Assembly (NCBI GenBank): GCA_002269645.1
Contig: NIVC01001205.1
Span: 248,001-312,000 of the forward strand
Length of the DNA stretch: 64,000 bases
Source of the DNA: Macrostomum lignano
Taxonomy: Eukaryota
Reading direction: 5' to 3'
A program made the translations under genes and the position numbers. The notes below the pieces were generated by a model. That model had not been told where the DNA came from. It made no database searches and worked only from the letters and a program-made list of their open reading frames with translations. This document shows, piece after piece, positions 35,901 through 47,612 of the stretch; position 1 is the stretch's first letter; every line of letters starts with the position of its first letter.

Positions 35901-37037
35901 GGATTCGCTGTGCTATGATGGGGTGTAAGGATTCACTGCGCTATGATAGGGTGTGGTATTGATTCACCTATGATTGGGTGTGGGATTCACTGCGCTATGA
36001 TGGGGTGTGGGATTCACTGCGCTATGATGGGGTGTGGGATTCACTATGCTATGATGGGGCGTGGGATTGATTCACTTAAGGATGGGGTGTGGGATTCACT
36101 GAGCTATGATGGGGTGTGGGATTGATTCACTTAAGGATGGGGTGTGGGATTCACTGAGCTATGATGGGGTGTGGGATTCACTGAGCTATGATGGGGTGTG
36201 GGATTCACTGCGCTATGATGGGGTGTGGGATTCACTATGCTATGATGGGGTGTGGGATTCACTATGCTATGATGGGGCGTGGGATTGATTCACTTAAGGA
36301 TGGGGTGTGGGATTCACTGAGCTATGATGGGGTGTGGGATTGATTCACTTAAGGATGGGGTGTGGGATTCACTGAGCTATGATGGGGTGTGGGATTCACT
36401 GAGCTATGATAGGATGTGGGATTGATTCACTTAAGGATGGGGTGTGGGATTCACTGCGCTATGATGGGGTGTGGGGTTCAATGCGCTATGATGGGGTGTG
36501 GGATTCACTGCTATGATGGAGTGTGGGATTGGTTGTCCTCTAGAATGGGATGTGGGATTGATCTCCCACTAGGATGGGGTGTGGGATTGATATCCCACCA
36601 GGATGGGGTTTGAGATTAACTATCATAGGAAGGTGGTTTGGGATTGGTCGTGCTCTAAGATGTGGTGTGGGATGGACTCTTTGGATAGGGTGTGCTATGA
36701 ACTTAATGAAAGTGCCTTAAGCAAAGCTTGTGACGCAAATCGACAACTTCAAAGGTTTGAGCAGCGCACAGGCCGCATGCGGCTGACCTGGGAGTCGGCG
36801 CTGCACGCCAAAGTTCGCCAAGAGGAGCGACGACGTGCGGCCCGAGAGCGTCTGGAGGACGGCTGGGAGGAGGACGATGTGATGCGGTCGGAGTTTCAAG
36901 AGGTCGACCTGCGGCTGCTGGTCAACTTGGCTGACATTGTCGGCGAGACTGAGGAGAGGCGAGAAGCGCTGGAGCGGGTGACGGACAGCCTCGAGACTGA
37001 GCTTAGTAGTCTTGACTCGTTTCTGCAGACTGCCTAA
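23911..37037 (+). CDS. CCDC175: CCDC175-like coiled-coil protein, 14 exons, about 736 aa
   Basis: Exons 23911-23989, 24422-24507, 24598-24709, 25593-25728, 26401-26632, 27419-27538, 28021-28130, 28213-28367, 28584-28647, 30545-30655, 33246-33317, 34516-34651, 35220-35734, 36755-37037. All introns GT-AG with consistent phases, 2211 nt, no internal stop. IDDIIDALHELELHRNKAKDILETE...EINREIHEAVKAARSLN matches my recollection of vertebrate CCDC175 ([25 protein letters not shown]...SIKRELEECVRDARRLN). Gene structure is high confidence; the symbol is from memory. Confidence 0.8.
24880..25545. repeat. Intron 3 minisatellite, 21-22 bp
   Basis: Unit GGATCTTACTGATGGGTAGGGG(G)C. Confidence 0.95.
25790..26230. 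repeat. Intron 4 polypurine minisatellite, 21 bp
   Basis: Unit GAAGAGAGGAGAAGGGAGATG. Confidence 0.95.
26680..27290. repeat. Intron 5 minisatellite, about 25-30 bp
   Basis: Unit GCGCCATTTCATTTGAGATGAGGGG with a variable G run. Confidence 0.95.
27548..27990. repeat. Intron 6 minisatellite, 20-21 bp
   Basis: Unit GGGTGTCTGTAGGGGGTCAGA. Confidence 0.95.
28329..28522 (+). repeat. 51-bp tandem repeat spanning the exon 8 donor site
   Basis: About 4 units GGGACCTGAGCAT(T/C)CAGAAGAA...GAACTCAG(T/A)GATG|GTGAGTTGAGAT; GT at 28368, 28419, 28470, 28521. Confidence 0.95.
28730..29420. repeat. Intron 9 minisatellite a, about 30 bp
   Basis: Unit CCCCCTCAGAGGAATCCCCCTCCTTTAAAC with degenerate flanking copies. 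Confidence 0.93.
29860..30415. repeat. Intron 9 minisatellite b, about 20 bp
   Basis: Unit CCATCCAATCTCACCCCATC. Confidence 0.93.
31245..31540. repeat. Intron 10 degenerate minisatellite, about 21 bp
   Basis: Unit like TCTCCCATCCCTAATCTCAAA; a further short GTGCTAATTGG repeat lies at 30685-30860. Confidence 0.8.
31830..32790. repeat. Intron 10 minisatellite, 23 bp
   Basis: Unit GAGACAGACGGGGTCACAGCT(A/G)A with an interspersed variant GGTCAGTGTGGCA. Confidence 0.95.
33452..34447. mobile_element. hAT-like non-autonomous element (MITE) in intron 11 carrying a 21-bp minisatellite
   Basis: TIRs CAGGGGCGTCGCCA / TGGCGACGCCCATG (13/14 complementary). 8-bp flanks GATCCTGG / TCTCCTGG (6/8). Confidence 0.7.
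33535..34318. repeat. Intron 11 minisatellite, 21 bp
   Basis: Unit GCACTCATTTTAGCGCCGCAG. Confidence 0.95.
34785..35190. repeat. Intron 12 minisatellite, 23 bp
   Basis: Unit TGTCTGCTGTCTATGACATACAG. Confidence 0.95.
35758..36620. repeat. Intron 13 minisatellite, about 27 bp
   Basis: Unit GGGGTGTGGGATTCACTGCGCTATGAT. Confidence 0.95.
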
Positions 37038-37974
37038 GATTGGGACAGATACTAATACGAATTGAAACATTATATATCTCATGATTTTATATTTTACTAC
37101 TTAGCTTAAAGATGAGATTCTTCCACTAAAAAACACTCGTGGAAGCACAAGGGGTAAGGCTACATGTGTGATACATATAGGAAACTATATCCTATTTTTT
37201 GTCAGTCATTCAGTTCTAATGAATGACGCTTGTAATTTATTACACTAACAGTAAATATATCGATTTTTTCAAAAAACATAAAAGCGCTAATCGTGAGAAT
37301 CTGAGCGCTGAGTATAAGTAATTTTATATTTCAAACAATTTAGACTTTTTCCATTGCTTAAGTATAGCTGATATCGGCTTACATTTATTTGTTCTGTAAA
37401 ATTTGTGTTTTCACAACGCTCTGTAGCTCGCGCTAAACACACTACTGAGAGCAGTAGTAGTATCAGGCGAGTCTGCCTCTTTCACAGCTACCGCGCCCAC
37501 CAGGCCAAAAACACTAAGCTGGTCCGAGGCCAGAGTGTCCCGAACCGTAGCCATGGTTACACTACATGCGACCCAAGGGAAGGAAAAGGAAAGAAATGAA
37601 GACAAAGAAGAACCGATAGCTTCTTGACCGAGGGTCAAGCCTGGCAACTCTCTTGAGAGGGCAACTGACTTTTAAATTCGTTAGCCATGGCTGTGCCACC
37701 ACTGGTTGCGGAGGATGAAAACTTGATATCCTTTTAATATGCCGGTGCCCCAACGATGTTTAGGCTCGGAAAAGAGTTTGCCGTCCCAGCAACAGGTGCA
37801 CTATCAATTAGGCTTTACCCAGCTCGTCCGTCAGCAGTGTTGAATTAACCACAAGACACATCAGCCCCAAAACATAACCAGCAGGAGAGCTGAGGCTTAA
37901 TAGTGATCGTATACTTCTCATGCAATATCCTACGTGCTCAGATTCTCGCTGGTGGGATGTTGGTGTATCATAAA

Positions 37975-38005
37975 AAACGTCACATTTATGGAGGTCCCAC
38001 CGAGA
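37975..38005 (+). mobile_element. Orphan LTR 3' end + tRNA-Gln primer-binding site of a decayed LTR element
   Basis: ...CGTCACA tttaTGGAGGTCCCACCGAGA; the 17-mer is the reverse complement of the eukaryotic tRNA-Gln 3' end (TCTCGGTGGGACCTCCA). LTR start not determined; no gag ORF follows. Confidence 0.65.
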
Positions 38006-39171
38006 CACAACGTTAATGACATTACGAGCTAGCTCTACAAAGTTAAAAACAAGTCGCTATAGATATGGTCAGCTATTCGTCATTGACCTGCCTGGTGGTC
38101 TTGTCATCAGTCCTCGCCTGCTGTCATTAGTGCTTCTGTCTCATCGTTCCGTCAGTGCAGTCTGCCGAATTGCCTTGCCTTTTGAGTCGGTTGGCTTGTT
38201 CTAGGGCTGCAGGCTACTGTCACTCAGAGAAGAGACAGAGAAGATACTGACACTCAAAATGCTCTTGCTGTTTGATGCATTGGCTTCCTTACATCGACTG
38301 AAGGACGTGAAGCTGGCTTCCAACTCTGCCTGTCAGATGTCTTGGCTTCGTCCACCAGTGCCTTTCAGTGCGAAAATGAACTTCGATTATCTGGGAGGCG
38401 TTCTCTGTTCTCGTTATACATATTCAAATATTAGCAAAAACAGCTACATGGAGCTTGTCGCCGCCCAGTACAATGGGCAGGAGTCCGTCTTAGAGTTCTA
38501 CCGATAGATTGATGTGCACGCGCCGCTAATTTGACTGTTAGCGAAGCCAAACCTCGTGATGAAAGCAAGATTCTGCTATGGTCTAAGAGACAATATTCTA
38601 TTATTTCGGATAATCCGTCCGAAAACATCAGTGATGTGCTGTTCAGATAGGCTACGGGAAGGCCTTCCCCCTCTCTGCCATCTCCATTCTTCCATCCCAG
38701 TAGTATGAGTTTATAGAAATCTGCCACACTAGCACTGCAGAGATAGGCAGCAATGCGAAGAGATGAGTGTGTAAACTGCAGCGTGGGGACTGGCTGAGTG
38801 TGTGTGGGGGGGGGGTTGGTGTGGTGGGGCAGTCTGAGGCAGTGGGAGGTGGGGGACTTACAAAATACCAGAAAATTGAATTGTCAATATGTACTATATA
38901 AATATTTTTCATAGCCATAAGCAAGGCTTATTTTTTTGCTATAGATCCCATTTAAATCCAGTCTAACCTCAATCCAACATTGATCCAACTTCTAGCAACT
39001 CGATCCAACTTCAATCCAACCTCGACCCTTTCTTTCGAAGGATGGCGACATGCTGCACCACAGCGCAGTGCTTGGGACATGCGCGCTAAACAAAACGCGC
39101 ATTGCGCTTCTACCCCACCCCAAGTTGCTCACCCGTAAAATCCCACAGAGGGACAAAAATCCCACGTTTGT

Positions 39172-40458
39172 TGTGGGTTTCTCAGACTTAGGAGCGTAGA
39201 ACGATTCTCAAAGAAGCAAGTTAAAAAGGGGGTGCCCTGTAGCCCTTGTGTTCTTGAATACACAGCAGAAGAAGAGTGCCATTCATTGGTCATTTGTAGA
39301 AACTCTTCAATAATAAAGGGGTAAAGTGCAGTTTATTGGAATTTTCTGGTACACTGAGTTTGGTAGAATTGACATAGACAATGTTAACTCGGAATGAGTA
39401 CATCGGGGAATAATAAACGGCGTGCACTTTAGTCGGCAGCCTACTATTAGTTGGCGCTACAGCACCCTAAAATATTAGGCTCCGCCAACCCTGAATGTCG
39501 AGACCTTTTGTACACTGACAATTATTAGTAATACATGTCGTTCGAACAATTTCAATATTTTAGTCCTGTCTCCATTCTTTAATCACTAAGCACTCGGATT
39601 ATGGATTATCAGGACCGCTAAGGTAACTAAGAAGTAAATCAGTAGCCCAGACCGCATGAAATTCTTAGAAAGGACAAAACTGGGTTGATGACGACGTTGA
39701 AAGTGAAATCAAATAACGTAATCAATAATACTAGTACATCTATTTATATTTACACACTCCTCAGTATACACACAGTGCGAATACACTGCTGTGTTTTGTC
39801 TTCAGCAAACTTAGAGTAGTGTGAGCATCTTTTGTGTTAGTTTGCATTCTATTAGCTAGTTAATTGTATTAGTTCTGCATTGTTAATCCCACGTTTGTTG
39901 GTTTTGACACACTACGTGGCCTCGACCCCGAGGGCCTCAGTGTTGCACTGAAGAGCAGAGCTGGTAGGACTTAGCCAGAGCTCCACTGAACTGTTAATCC
40001 ATCAGGGTCCTCGCCTGAGAGTAGGCTTGGGTTTAGGCCAGTGTTTAGGAGTCTTTCTCCGTGGTCCTGTTCGGTCTTTCTTCTTCAGAGCTGAGATCCG
40101 CTCTCCAGTTGCGTAACTAATTAATTATCGTTATTGTTATCCTTATTATCAGTGCTCGAATTTATCTGCGTCGCGACTTTGCGTATTCGGTTGTAATTGA
40201 TTTGAATTAACTAAATTAAAGCGTCTAAAGTCAATAGCCTTATTCATCTATGAGTATCACTCCCTAAATCTGCATGAATCGTTTCCACCGTGTTTCTTCT
40301 TTACTTGTACCGTACCTGCAACTATTGGAGAAAGATTGGTAGAACTCGCCGACCGGTGTTAGGCAATAGGGCCAATAGTTTCAAAATCTCTACACGCTCC
40401 AAAATAGGTTTGTCTAGGGCCTAATTTATTTGCCGTATCGTATATTGTATTTATCACA
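39172..40458 (+). mobile_element. Solo LTR related to the LTR at 7224-8858
   Basis: TGTGG...TATCACA. Clear similarity over 39800-40458 (e.g. TACGTGGCCTCGACCC, GTTTGTCTAGGGCCTAA) with about 560 bp missing. No PBS follows. Flanks TTTGT / TTAGT (4/5 TSD). Confidence 0.8.
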
Positions 40459-40727
40459 TTAGTGTAGTAAGTTGCATTATAACTTTGCTATGTCGGCAGT
40501 GTATTTGACTTTCAGTGTATTTTACACTTGCTGCAGTGAAATTGGGGGTGCTTTGCTTGACTTATTGCACTGGGCAGGAGAGTACACTCTGTGGTCGCTT
40601 ACTGTGGAATTCAATGCATCTATTTAAGCAGGTAAACTGCTAATTTGAAACCACTGCACATATTCGCAAAATCGCATCTTCTCCAGTACCAGAGTACTCG
40701 ATTTCCGTCACTTTAACCAATTCAATC

Positions 40728-42502
40728 ATGGTCCGGACTCGTCAAACTATCGAGAAGTGCACCCTCTTCGGGCAGAAGCCTCAGCATGTTGAATGCCACC
40801 AATGCGGCGAGCTTCTATGCAAGTCTTGCAGTGCCATGGTGCATAAGAACCCGGCTCGACGAAGCCAGAAGCCGCAGGTGGTTGTCAGAAGACCTGACGC
40901 GCCCACAGCCGGAATTGCCGCAACGTAAGTAATTCTACTCTAAGCAACCATTTCTCGCGTTATTCAACATTCACCCACCCCTCCGCCTCCAGCGGCGGCA
41001 GCGGCAATCCCGCAGGTGGCAGCGGAAACGCCGCAGATGGCAGCGGCAACCCCGCAGGTGGCAGCGGAAACGCCGCAGATGGCAGCGGCAACCCCGCAGG
41101 TGGCAGCGGCAACCCCGAAGATAGCAGCCGAGGCGACTCTGCAGCCGGAAATGCTGCAACGTAAAGTACACAATCCCTACAGCAACAGTTCCTCTCAATG
41201 ACTTCTCATTCACTCACCCCCCTCTTAGTTCCAAGCCGAACCGACGTTGCACCGGCGAGACCAGTGCGGACGGCTCGGTTGCCAAGCGCCCGCGTAGTAC
41301 CGCACCGTCACACCTGCAGGCGTCGACAATCGCCAAGTCGGCGGTCCCGACGGCCTCTGTGGCACCACATGCGGGTGCGAACGCTCCGCTAGCTGCCCAA
41401 GCAGGTATGAACTACTGGCTGGTGCAGTAGTTTGTACCCCAACTAAATTTCAAGCTCGTGTGCGAATCCCACATTGCGACACCGAGACCCGCTGGCAGCT
41501 ATACTCGTTGGACAGGTGTCCGTCTATTGTGCAAAGGCAATAACAAATGCCAGTGCCAAGCACAGGGCCCTGCTGTTCAACAGGCCATTTAAGAGCTACT
41601 GGGAGGCCAAGCTTCACGAGCGGCTCTGCAAGCGTCTTCCACCTGATCCCCTTGCAGTGCAGCAGTGATGTCCACAGTGCCAGCTTCGCGACACTCAGTT
41701 GGCTGAAGCCGTCTCCGGCCTGTGAGAGATACTGTTAGCAGACAGGAGGCTGAGCTGGATGCCTTTCGCCGTGAGCGCGATAATGCTCTCGCTCTGCAGG
41801 CCGAGATGGCCGAGAAATAAGCTGCCTCCGCAGCACAGTCGCGCAGCTGCAGCAGGAGCGTCACGCCGCCGCCGCTGAGGCGCAGTCGGTGGCTGCATCG
41901 CCACAGAGTCCTTCACAGAGCCGATGCCTCAGCCATGCCGAAACCGCATGCTCATCAGCTCGGCCGCATGACCAAGCCATGCCAGCACTGCCACGCCTTG
42001 CTCATGAAGGGGGAGCCACCAGGAATCTGCTGTGCAGCTGGCAAGGTTAAGCTGCCTGCCAAATTAGTGCCGCAGGTCCTGATGAATTTGTTCCTTAGTC
42101 GCCACCCTGATAGCCTGATTTCTTGGCCAACATTAGGAGCTATAACTCCGTTCTGCACCTCACATTGCTGAAGGCAAAGTTGCGGCCGCTGCAAGGCTAC
42201 TGCCCCAATGATGTAATCAGTGGTGAGCTGGTGCACACCGTCCCGCCTCTGTATGCCGGTGCCAGGGATGTGCCTCACTGCTGGCAAGTCTACTTCATTG
42301 ACAAGGAGCTTGAGTCCCGCCTGAGACTCAGCGAGAAAGTCAATTAGCGGCTGCTCGCACTGTTGCAGGCAGTGCTGCACTACTGCAACGAGTACGTCCG
42401 GAGCCTGAAGGCTGCAGTTCAGCGGATTAATGAGCAGCCCCGATTTGAAAGATGCTCAGATCGTGATCTATCCCGACCGGCGACCTGCTGGCGAGCATAT
42501 TA
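40728..42502 (+). mobile_element. Helitron fragment: intron-containing N-terminal region + start of the Rep domain, decayed and truncated
   Basis: CQHCHALLMKGEPPGICCAAGKVKLP, ANIRSYNS, ISGELVHTV.PL, QVYFID, LQAVLHYCNEYVRSLK, IVIYPDRRPAGEHIR are typical of the Helitron RepHel N-terminal region. Frameshifts present; helicase absent. Confidence 0.8.
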
Positions 42503-44989
42503 GGTGAGTTTTCTGATGGGTTTCTGTTTGCTGAGGCTGAATAGATAAGTTTCGTCATACACACGAAATCGAATGGTTAAGCTCCTTTTATGTTATGTTA
42601 TGCAACGAATGGTTCTTTAAAACGGCGACTTTTTCAACTTGCAGTTGATTTGAGTGTTTTGCTTTTTACTATTCTGTGATCCATCCATTCATTTAGTAGG
42701 AATTGTTTTCTTTATAATGATTTACTGAAAGAAAATGAAAAAATAGTAGAAATTCTTTCGCATTTCCTTAAAAGGGGATGTCAACTTTAGCACCAGAATG
42801 GAGCCCGAAGTTCAGCTCCGGACCAAACCGACTGCAATCGATAACTTGTCGGCTTAAACGACTAGAATCGCCGAGACATCTCATCCCTGGCCCTGACTTG
42901 GGGTCCCAGGGGATAAAATGGGAGAATTGGGAGAAAAGGTTGGGAGAATGTTCTACTCCCTATGCAGTGCAGCATCCTGAGCGCCGCATGCCGGGAATAT
43001 CAGTTACTCAGTTATTGTTATATTGTCTTTTTCTATACTAGTTCTCTATTTTCCATGGAGAACATGAAATTCTTGTTCCTTCATGTTCCATCTATTATTG
43101 TCTATTTTTTGTGCTGAAAGTAGAATACCTATTGCGATCCATATGAAGAATCTCATGAAGAACATAAAATTATTGTTCCTTCATGTTTGACGCATTATGT
43201 ATCTCTATGTATCTTCATGTTCAAGCTATGCACATAAGACATGTGTCACTTTCATTTCAGATTTTGTGGGCTTGACGAGCATACTTTCAAATGAGTAAGT
43301 ATTTTTGCCCTATCGTCTTTTCTGATTGCTTCAAACTTTATGCACCACACATGCAGAATTTGCACGTGACTCCCTTTTTCATGGTACAGGCCATTTAACT
43401 GACTTGGTATGTTCATTTCAGATTGGAATACCGTCTCCATCGATGACATCCAGAAGATGTTTTCGTCTCGTCGCCTGAGTTACTCAGATGTTGCTATCAC
43501 AAATCTCTGCCCTGCCAGGATCCACGCCTGTAAGGACAGTGTGGTCCAGGCCATGCATTCTGTTGGGCTTTGACGACACATTCATTCACAGGCGCTGGCT
43601 GTATGGCCAGTTTCGCAGAAACGAACTAAAGAATTTCACAGATAATTCAGTAGATCCTGTCCACGACGAAAGTCCTAGACGTGGACAGCGTTAGTGAGGA
43701 GTAAGTATTTGCTGGCCTTTTTAGATCAAATTTTAGTGTCATGCATGAATCCTGTTTACAATGGTCTTTAGTCAGGGCTCTTTTGAAACATCATGACCCC
43801 AGCCCCATCGAAATGTATACAAATAAGAGTCATTTCTTTGCAATGAGCAGCCGATTTTTCATGCGAGACTGCACACAACGATCATCCTAGATAGCAGCAT
43901 GCGTCTGCAAAAGAACTGGCAGGACTTCATCTTTCCGCAATTTTCGACCATACTTTCATGTTGCTTATGCGTGCAGCGAAGCAGGGTGGCAGCTACCTTA
44001 GCAGAGTGAAGGCAGATGTCTACTATCGGGTCACCTCCTGCAACTCTTACACGCCCAGTGAGAGGTCATTGCCGAGAAGAATTGGCTCAGTGAGTCAACT
44101 CTTCTAATGCATACTCTGTGTCTGCAGAGCTGGCTACGGATGGCATTACACCGGAAGTACAGACCATTAGCGTGCTAATGGTCTTCGCCGAAGCAAGCCA
44201 CTAACTTTGCCCAGTCATCCAGAGAAGTGCAGTTCACAATGCCGAGGAACTACTTGACTTTTCGTAACGTGATGTTTTAACAGTTCATGTCTCGAATGCA
44301 TGTACAGTAGACCATTTGCTGACAGCTTCGACAGGCAGTCCAGCGACTTCCCGATGATTGTACTCCCCTGAATAATTTTCTGCATGCAGCTGTCCAGGCT
44401 TTTACTCGAGAGTATCCATTTTGCTCGAGCTCGGCTGCTCCTGCGTTGTTCTGACTTGCACCCGCGTGGCGCTGTCGTCGCAGTGCTACGTCGCAGTCAT
44501 GTGATTACTTCGACATATCCTCTTTGAATTTTGGCGCTAGCAGACTCATTACACTATATTCCAGGATGAAAGCTAAGCTGGGAGTTTGTCTGAATACGCT
44601 AGAGGGTATTTCGACCGACGAAAATGGATGTTGGCGACGGATGCTACTGGTTCTAGTCTGTTTTCTACGCCGTCAGCGGTATCAGGGCCTGCCTGCCTAG
44701 TAAGCGAAATAATTTCGTGAATGGAACATTTAATGACAATATATAGTCTGCAATTCTATTTTTATCTGTCATAAATACGGTTATCGATTCGGAGTATTCA
44801 AGTATCAGTAAGCATCGAATATCGCAGATTTGTGAAACAAAAGATAATATAGAAGATATATCGAGGGATCATAATGAAATTCAGGCGTAAAAATTGTCAG
44901 CATAAGCAGTGTTTGTGGGTAAAATTTGTTAAGGTTAATGTGTTTGTGGTTGGATTATATAGCGTTGTAGCTGGCTTCAAAAATTCACT

Positions 44990-46217
44990 TTCGTTTGGTC
45001 TAGTCTTATCGCAAGAGTAGGCCGCCCTGCTGTGAGGCTGCATTGGACAAGGAGCATACCTGTGGGTGAAGGTGCCTCAGGGATGAGGTGGATTGGTATC
45101 GAACCAATTCGCTACAACCCTAGAACAGGGCTTCATTCCTGTATTATCCTTTTTGTTATCTTGCAGCCGGGCCCTTCCTGGCATCTTAATGGTCTATGCT
45201 TGGGTCGCCTGCTGCTTTCAACGCTATGTAAAAATGGGGCCATTGTAGGTTAGCCAGTGAATGCGAGATTGTGGCTATCGGTTGCCGTTGCTGATTTGGT
45301 TGGCCGTTGTTGTATTGAGAGCCTTAATAGCCGTTGCTCCTATTGCTCATGTATCCTTGACGCTGAGCCAGTTGGCCCTATCTCTGAGGGCTCGTATGGT
45401 TGCATTCAACTGTTCAGTGAGTCTTCGACTTACAATTGTGGCAATAACGGCGGCACTGAGCGGCCAGATGGCCAGGCTTACCGCAATTGTTGCAGTTTCT
45501 GCTGGTGCCTCTGGCTCCTTGTGGCTGTTGACGGCTGCTTCTTGGGCTGAAGCCTTGCTGTCGATTGCGCTGGTAGCACCTGTCTGCCGTATGTCCCTGC
45601 TTGTGACATATCTGGCAGCTTGTCGCGGTGTTTCCGCTTTGCGGGCGTGGATTGTTCATTGACTGTTGCGGCATGTTGTTCACTGTCTTGATCGTCGCCT
45701 CCATCTGGGCGACCAATGCCGATAGCTTGCGGGTGTCCTCAGTTTCTCGCTTGATGTCGTGAAGTGCTTGCCATTGCAGTGCCTCTCGAGTAATTTCCGT
45801 CACTGTTTGGTGGCGTCCTCTTGCTAGGTGTAGACGTAGTGCTGGAACTGCGTTCTGCTGAACGTGTAGCATGATGTGGTCTTGGATGATGCGTTGTTTA
45901 CTATGTCGCCGTAGTGCCGCATCCGCTGCATTTTCTTCTTCCAGTGCCGGTTCTTGATAGACGGAGTTCTCGACCAAGTTGGTGATGTCTGTGATAAATT
46001 TGTTGACGTCTTGTCCCAGTTGCATCTTGCGGGATGCCAGTTGTAGAATAACCGTTGATCGGTCCATCCTTCGGATGTCGAAAATTACCCGTAGTGCTGG
46101 TATCAGTTCCTCGTATTTCAGGCGAGTTGCCTCGTCAAGTGTTGAGTATTGATTTCGAGCATTCGGTCGTAGTAGTAGAGGTAGTAGCCGACATCTCTCG
46201 GCGTTTCCCAGTCCGTA
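44990..46217 (-). pseudogene. Decayed gag with three CCHC knuckles from an older LTR element, interrupted by the LTR starting at 46218
   Basis: CQICHKQGHTADRC, CNNCGKPGHLAAQC, CHNCKSKTH*TVEC; upstream capsid-like RCRLLPLLL...RKMQLGQDVNKFITDI. Confidence 0.8.
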
Positions 46218-46668
46218 TGTAACGATGTTGATATTTATTTCTGAAAATATTCTAGTGTTATTAATGCCTCTTTAGTATTATATTATTAATCTAACTACTA
46301 TTTATTAAACGAATCTTAAATTTATTCTATTTATACATAAAATTTGTTTTACTGTATCATTCATAGAAATACGGGTATTGCATTATTTAAAAGTGGGTTA
46401 TATCGCATTTTTGTTCTCTAGTGTTTTTCTGGTCTCGCTGGGCTCGTGTGTGCTGTTGGTTTGTCCGCCGCGTTGTGCCTATTCGCCATACTTAGTACCA
46501 ATAATTTAACAGCAACAGTTAACTCCTGTCTTCAAATAAATAATATAATACGGTTAAATACAATCGAAGTATTTAGTCGAAGTTAAAATTCTAAACTTTC
46601 TTGCTACGTAGACTCATTTATTGATAAGTGCATAGCCGTCAGCACCGAACAAGAAGGGTCGCGTCACA
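46218..46668 (+). repeat. 5' LTR (451 bp) of the CSD-bearing gypsy element
   Basis: TGTAACGA...TCGCGTCACA imperfect inverted termini; followed after 6 nt by TGGAGGTCCCACCGAGA (tRNA-Gln PBS). Confidence 0.8.
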
Positions 46669-47612
46669 TTATTTTGGAGGTCCCACCGAGACGGCTAAAT
46701 TAAAATTGACCCAGCCTGCAATCTACATCGCCGACAACCATTGCTAACCATCTGCATCGTATGCAATCTGCAATCGGCAACAGGAAGCCAACTTGCCACT
46801 GCCAGTGACATTGCCTGTACCTCAGTCAGCCGCCTATCTGCTAGCGCCACTGCAAAGTACTGAGCGTACTGTCTGCCGATCTAGAAAACCGGTCTGAACC
46901 AGTTTACGCTTTGGCGGCCAACTCTGAACTGGACAACAACCCCCAAGTCACGCGATCAAAGCCAAGGCCATCCACCCGCAGCCAACCCAGCCAGCCAATT
47001 AGTCACGTGACAATCGTCAACACAAATTTGCTAGTCTGTCGGACCTAGAGGCTAATACAAGTCAAGAAATAACCCTAAGGCTTAAGTTGTTTACCAGTTT
47101 TGTACCAACCCAAGACCAGCCTAATTCTGCAAAATCTGTCAACAAGTCTGCTGAGTCATCGGGTCGTGTTTTTGTCTGTCTGCCGCCCCGCGGGTACTCC
47201 TCAATTTTTTATTGTGTTGAGAGCGCCGCACTGGTAAAGCGCCCGCTGCAGCCGCCATTGGACACTGCCTGTGATTGCAACCTGCGCTACTGCAGTCAAC
47301 AGTGCAAGTGCAGTCTGTCATCACTCATCAGCCTGCGACTTCAGCCTAGGCCTACAGCCAGCGGTGACCATCGATAACGCCGGCCAGTGCTGGGCATCGT
47401 CAGCGACCGAGACGAGTCGAGCTGTGTTGAGTCGAGTCGAGTCGAGCCGAGCCGAGCTGAGACAGACCGAACCGAGCGGTGAACCGAGTGACCTGGCGAG
47501 CGGCGAGCTCCTTCAACGGCCGGACCCGCAGTTCAGCGTCGCAGTTAAGACTGAATTCATAATTTTTGTCAAGTAGAATAGGGCCTATTGTGGCAGTAAC
47601 TATAATAGGATT

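Noticed and set aside
24880-36620. CRISPR-like arrays
   Set aside because: The units are head-to-tail with no unique spacers, no cas genes are present and the context is eukaryotic; they are minisatellites.
38430-38530. Ankyrin-like phrase ELVAAQYNGQESVLEF
   Set aside because: A single short match followed by a stop, with no second repeat.
43250-44500. Possible decayed transposase or gene on the minus strand
   Set aside because: Only short broken frames; no motif I can recognise.
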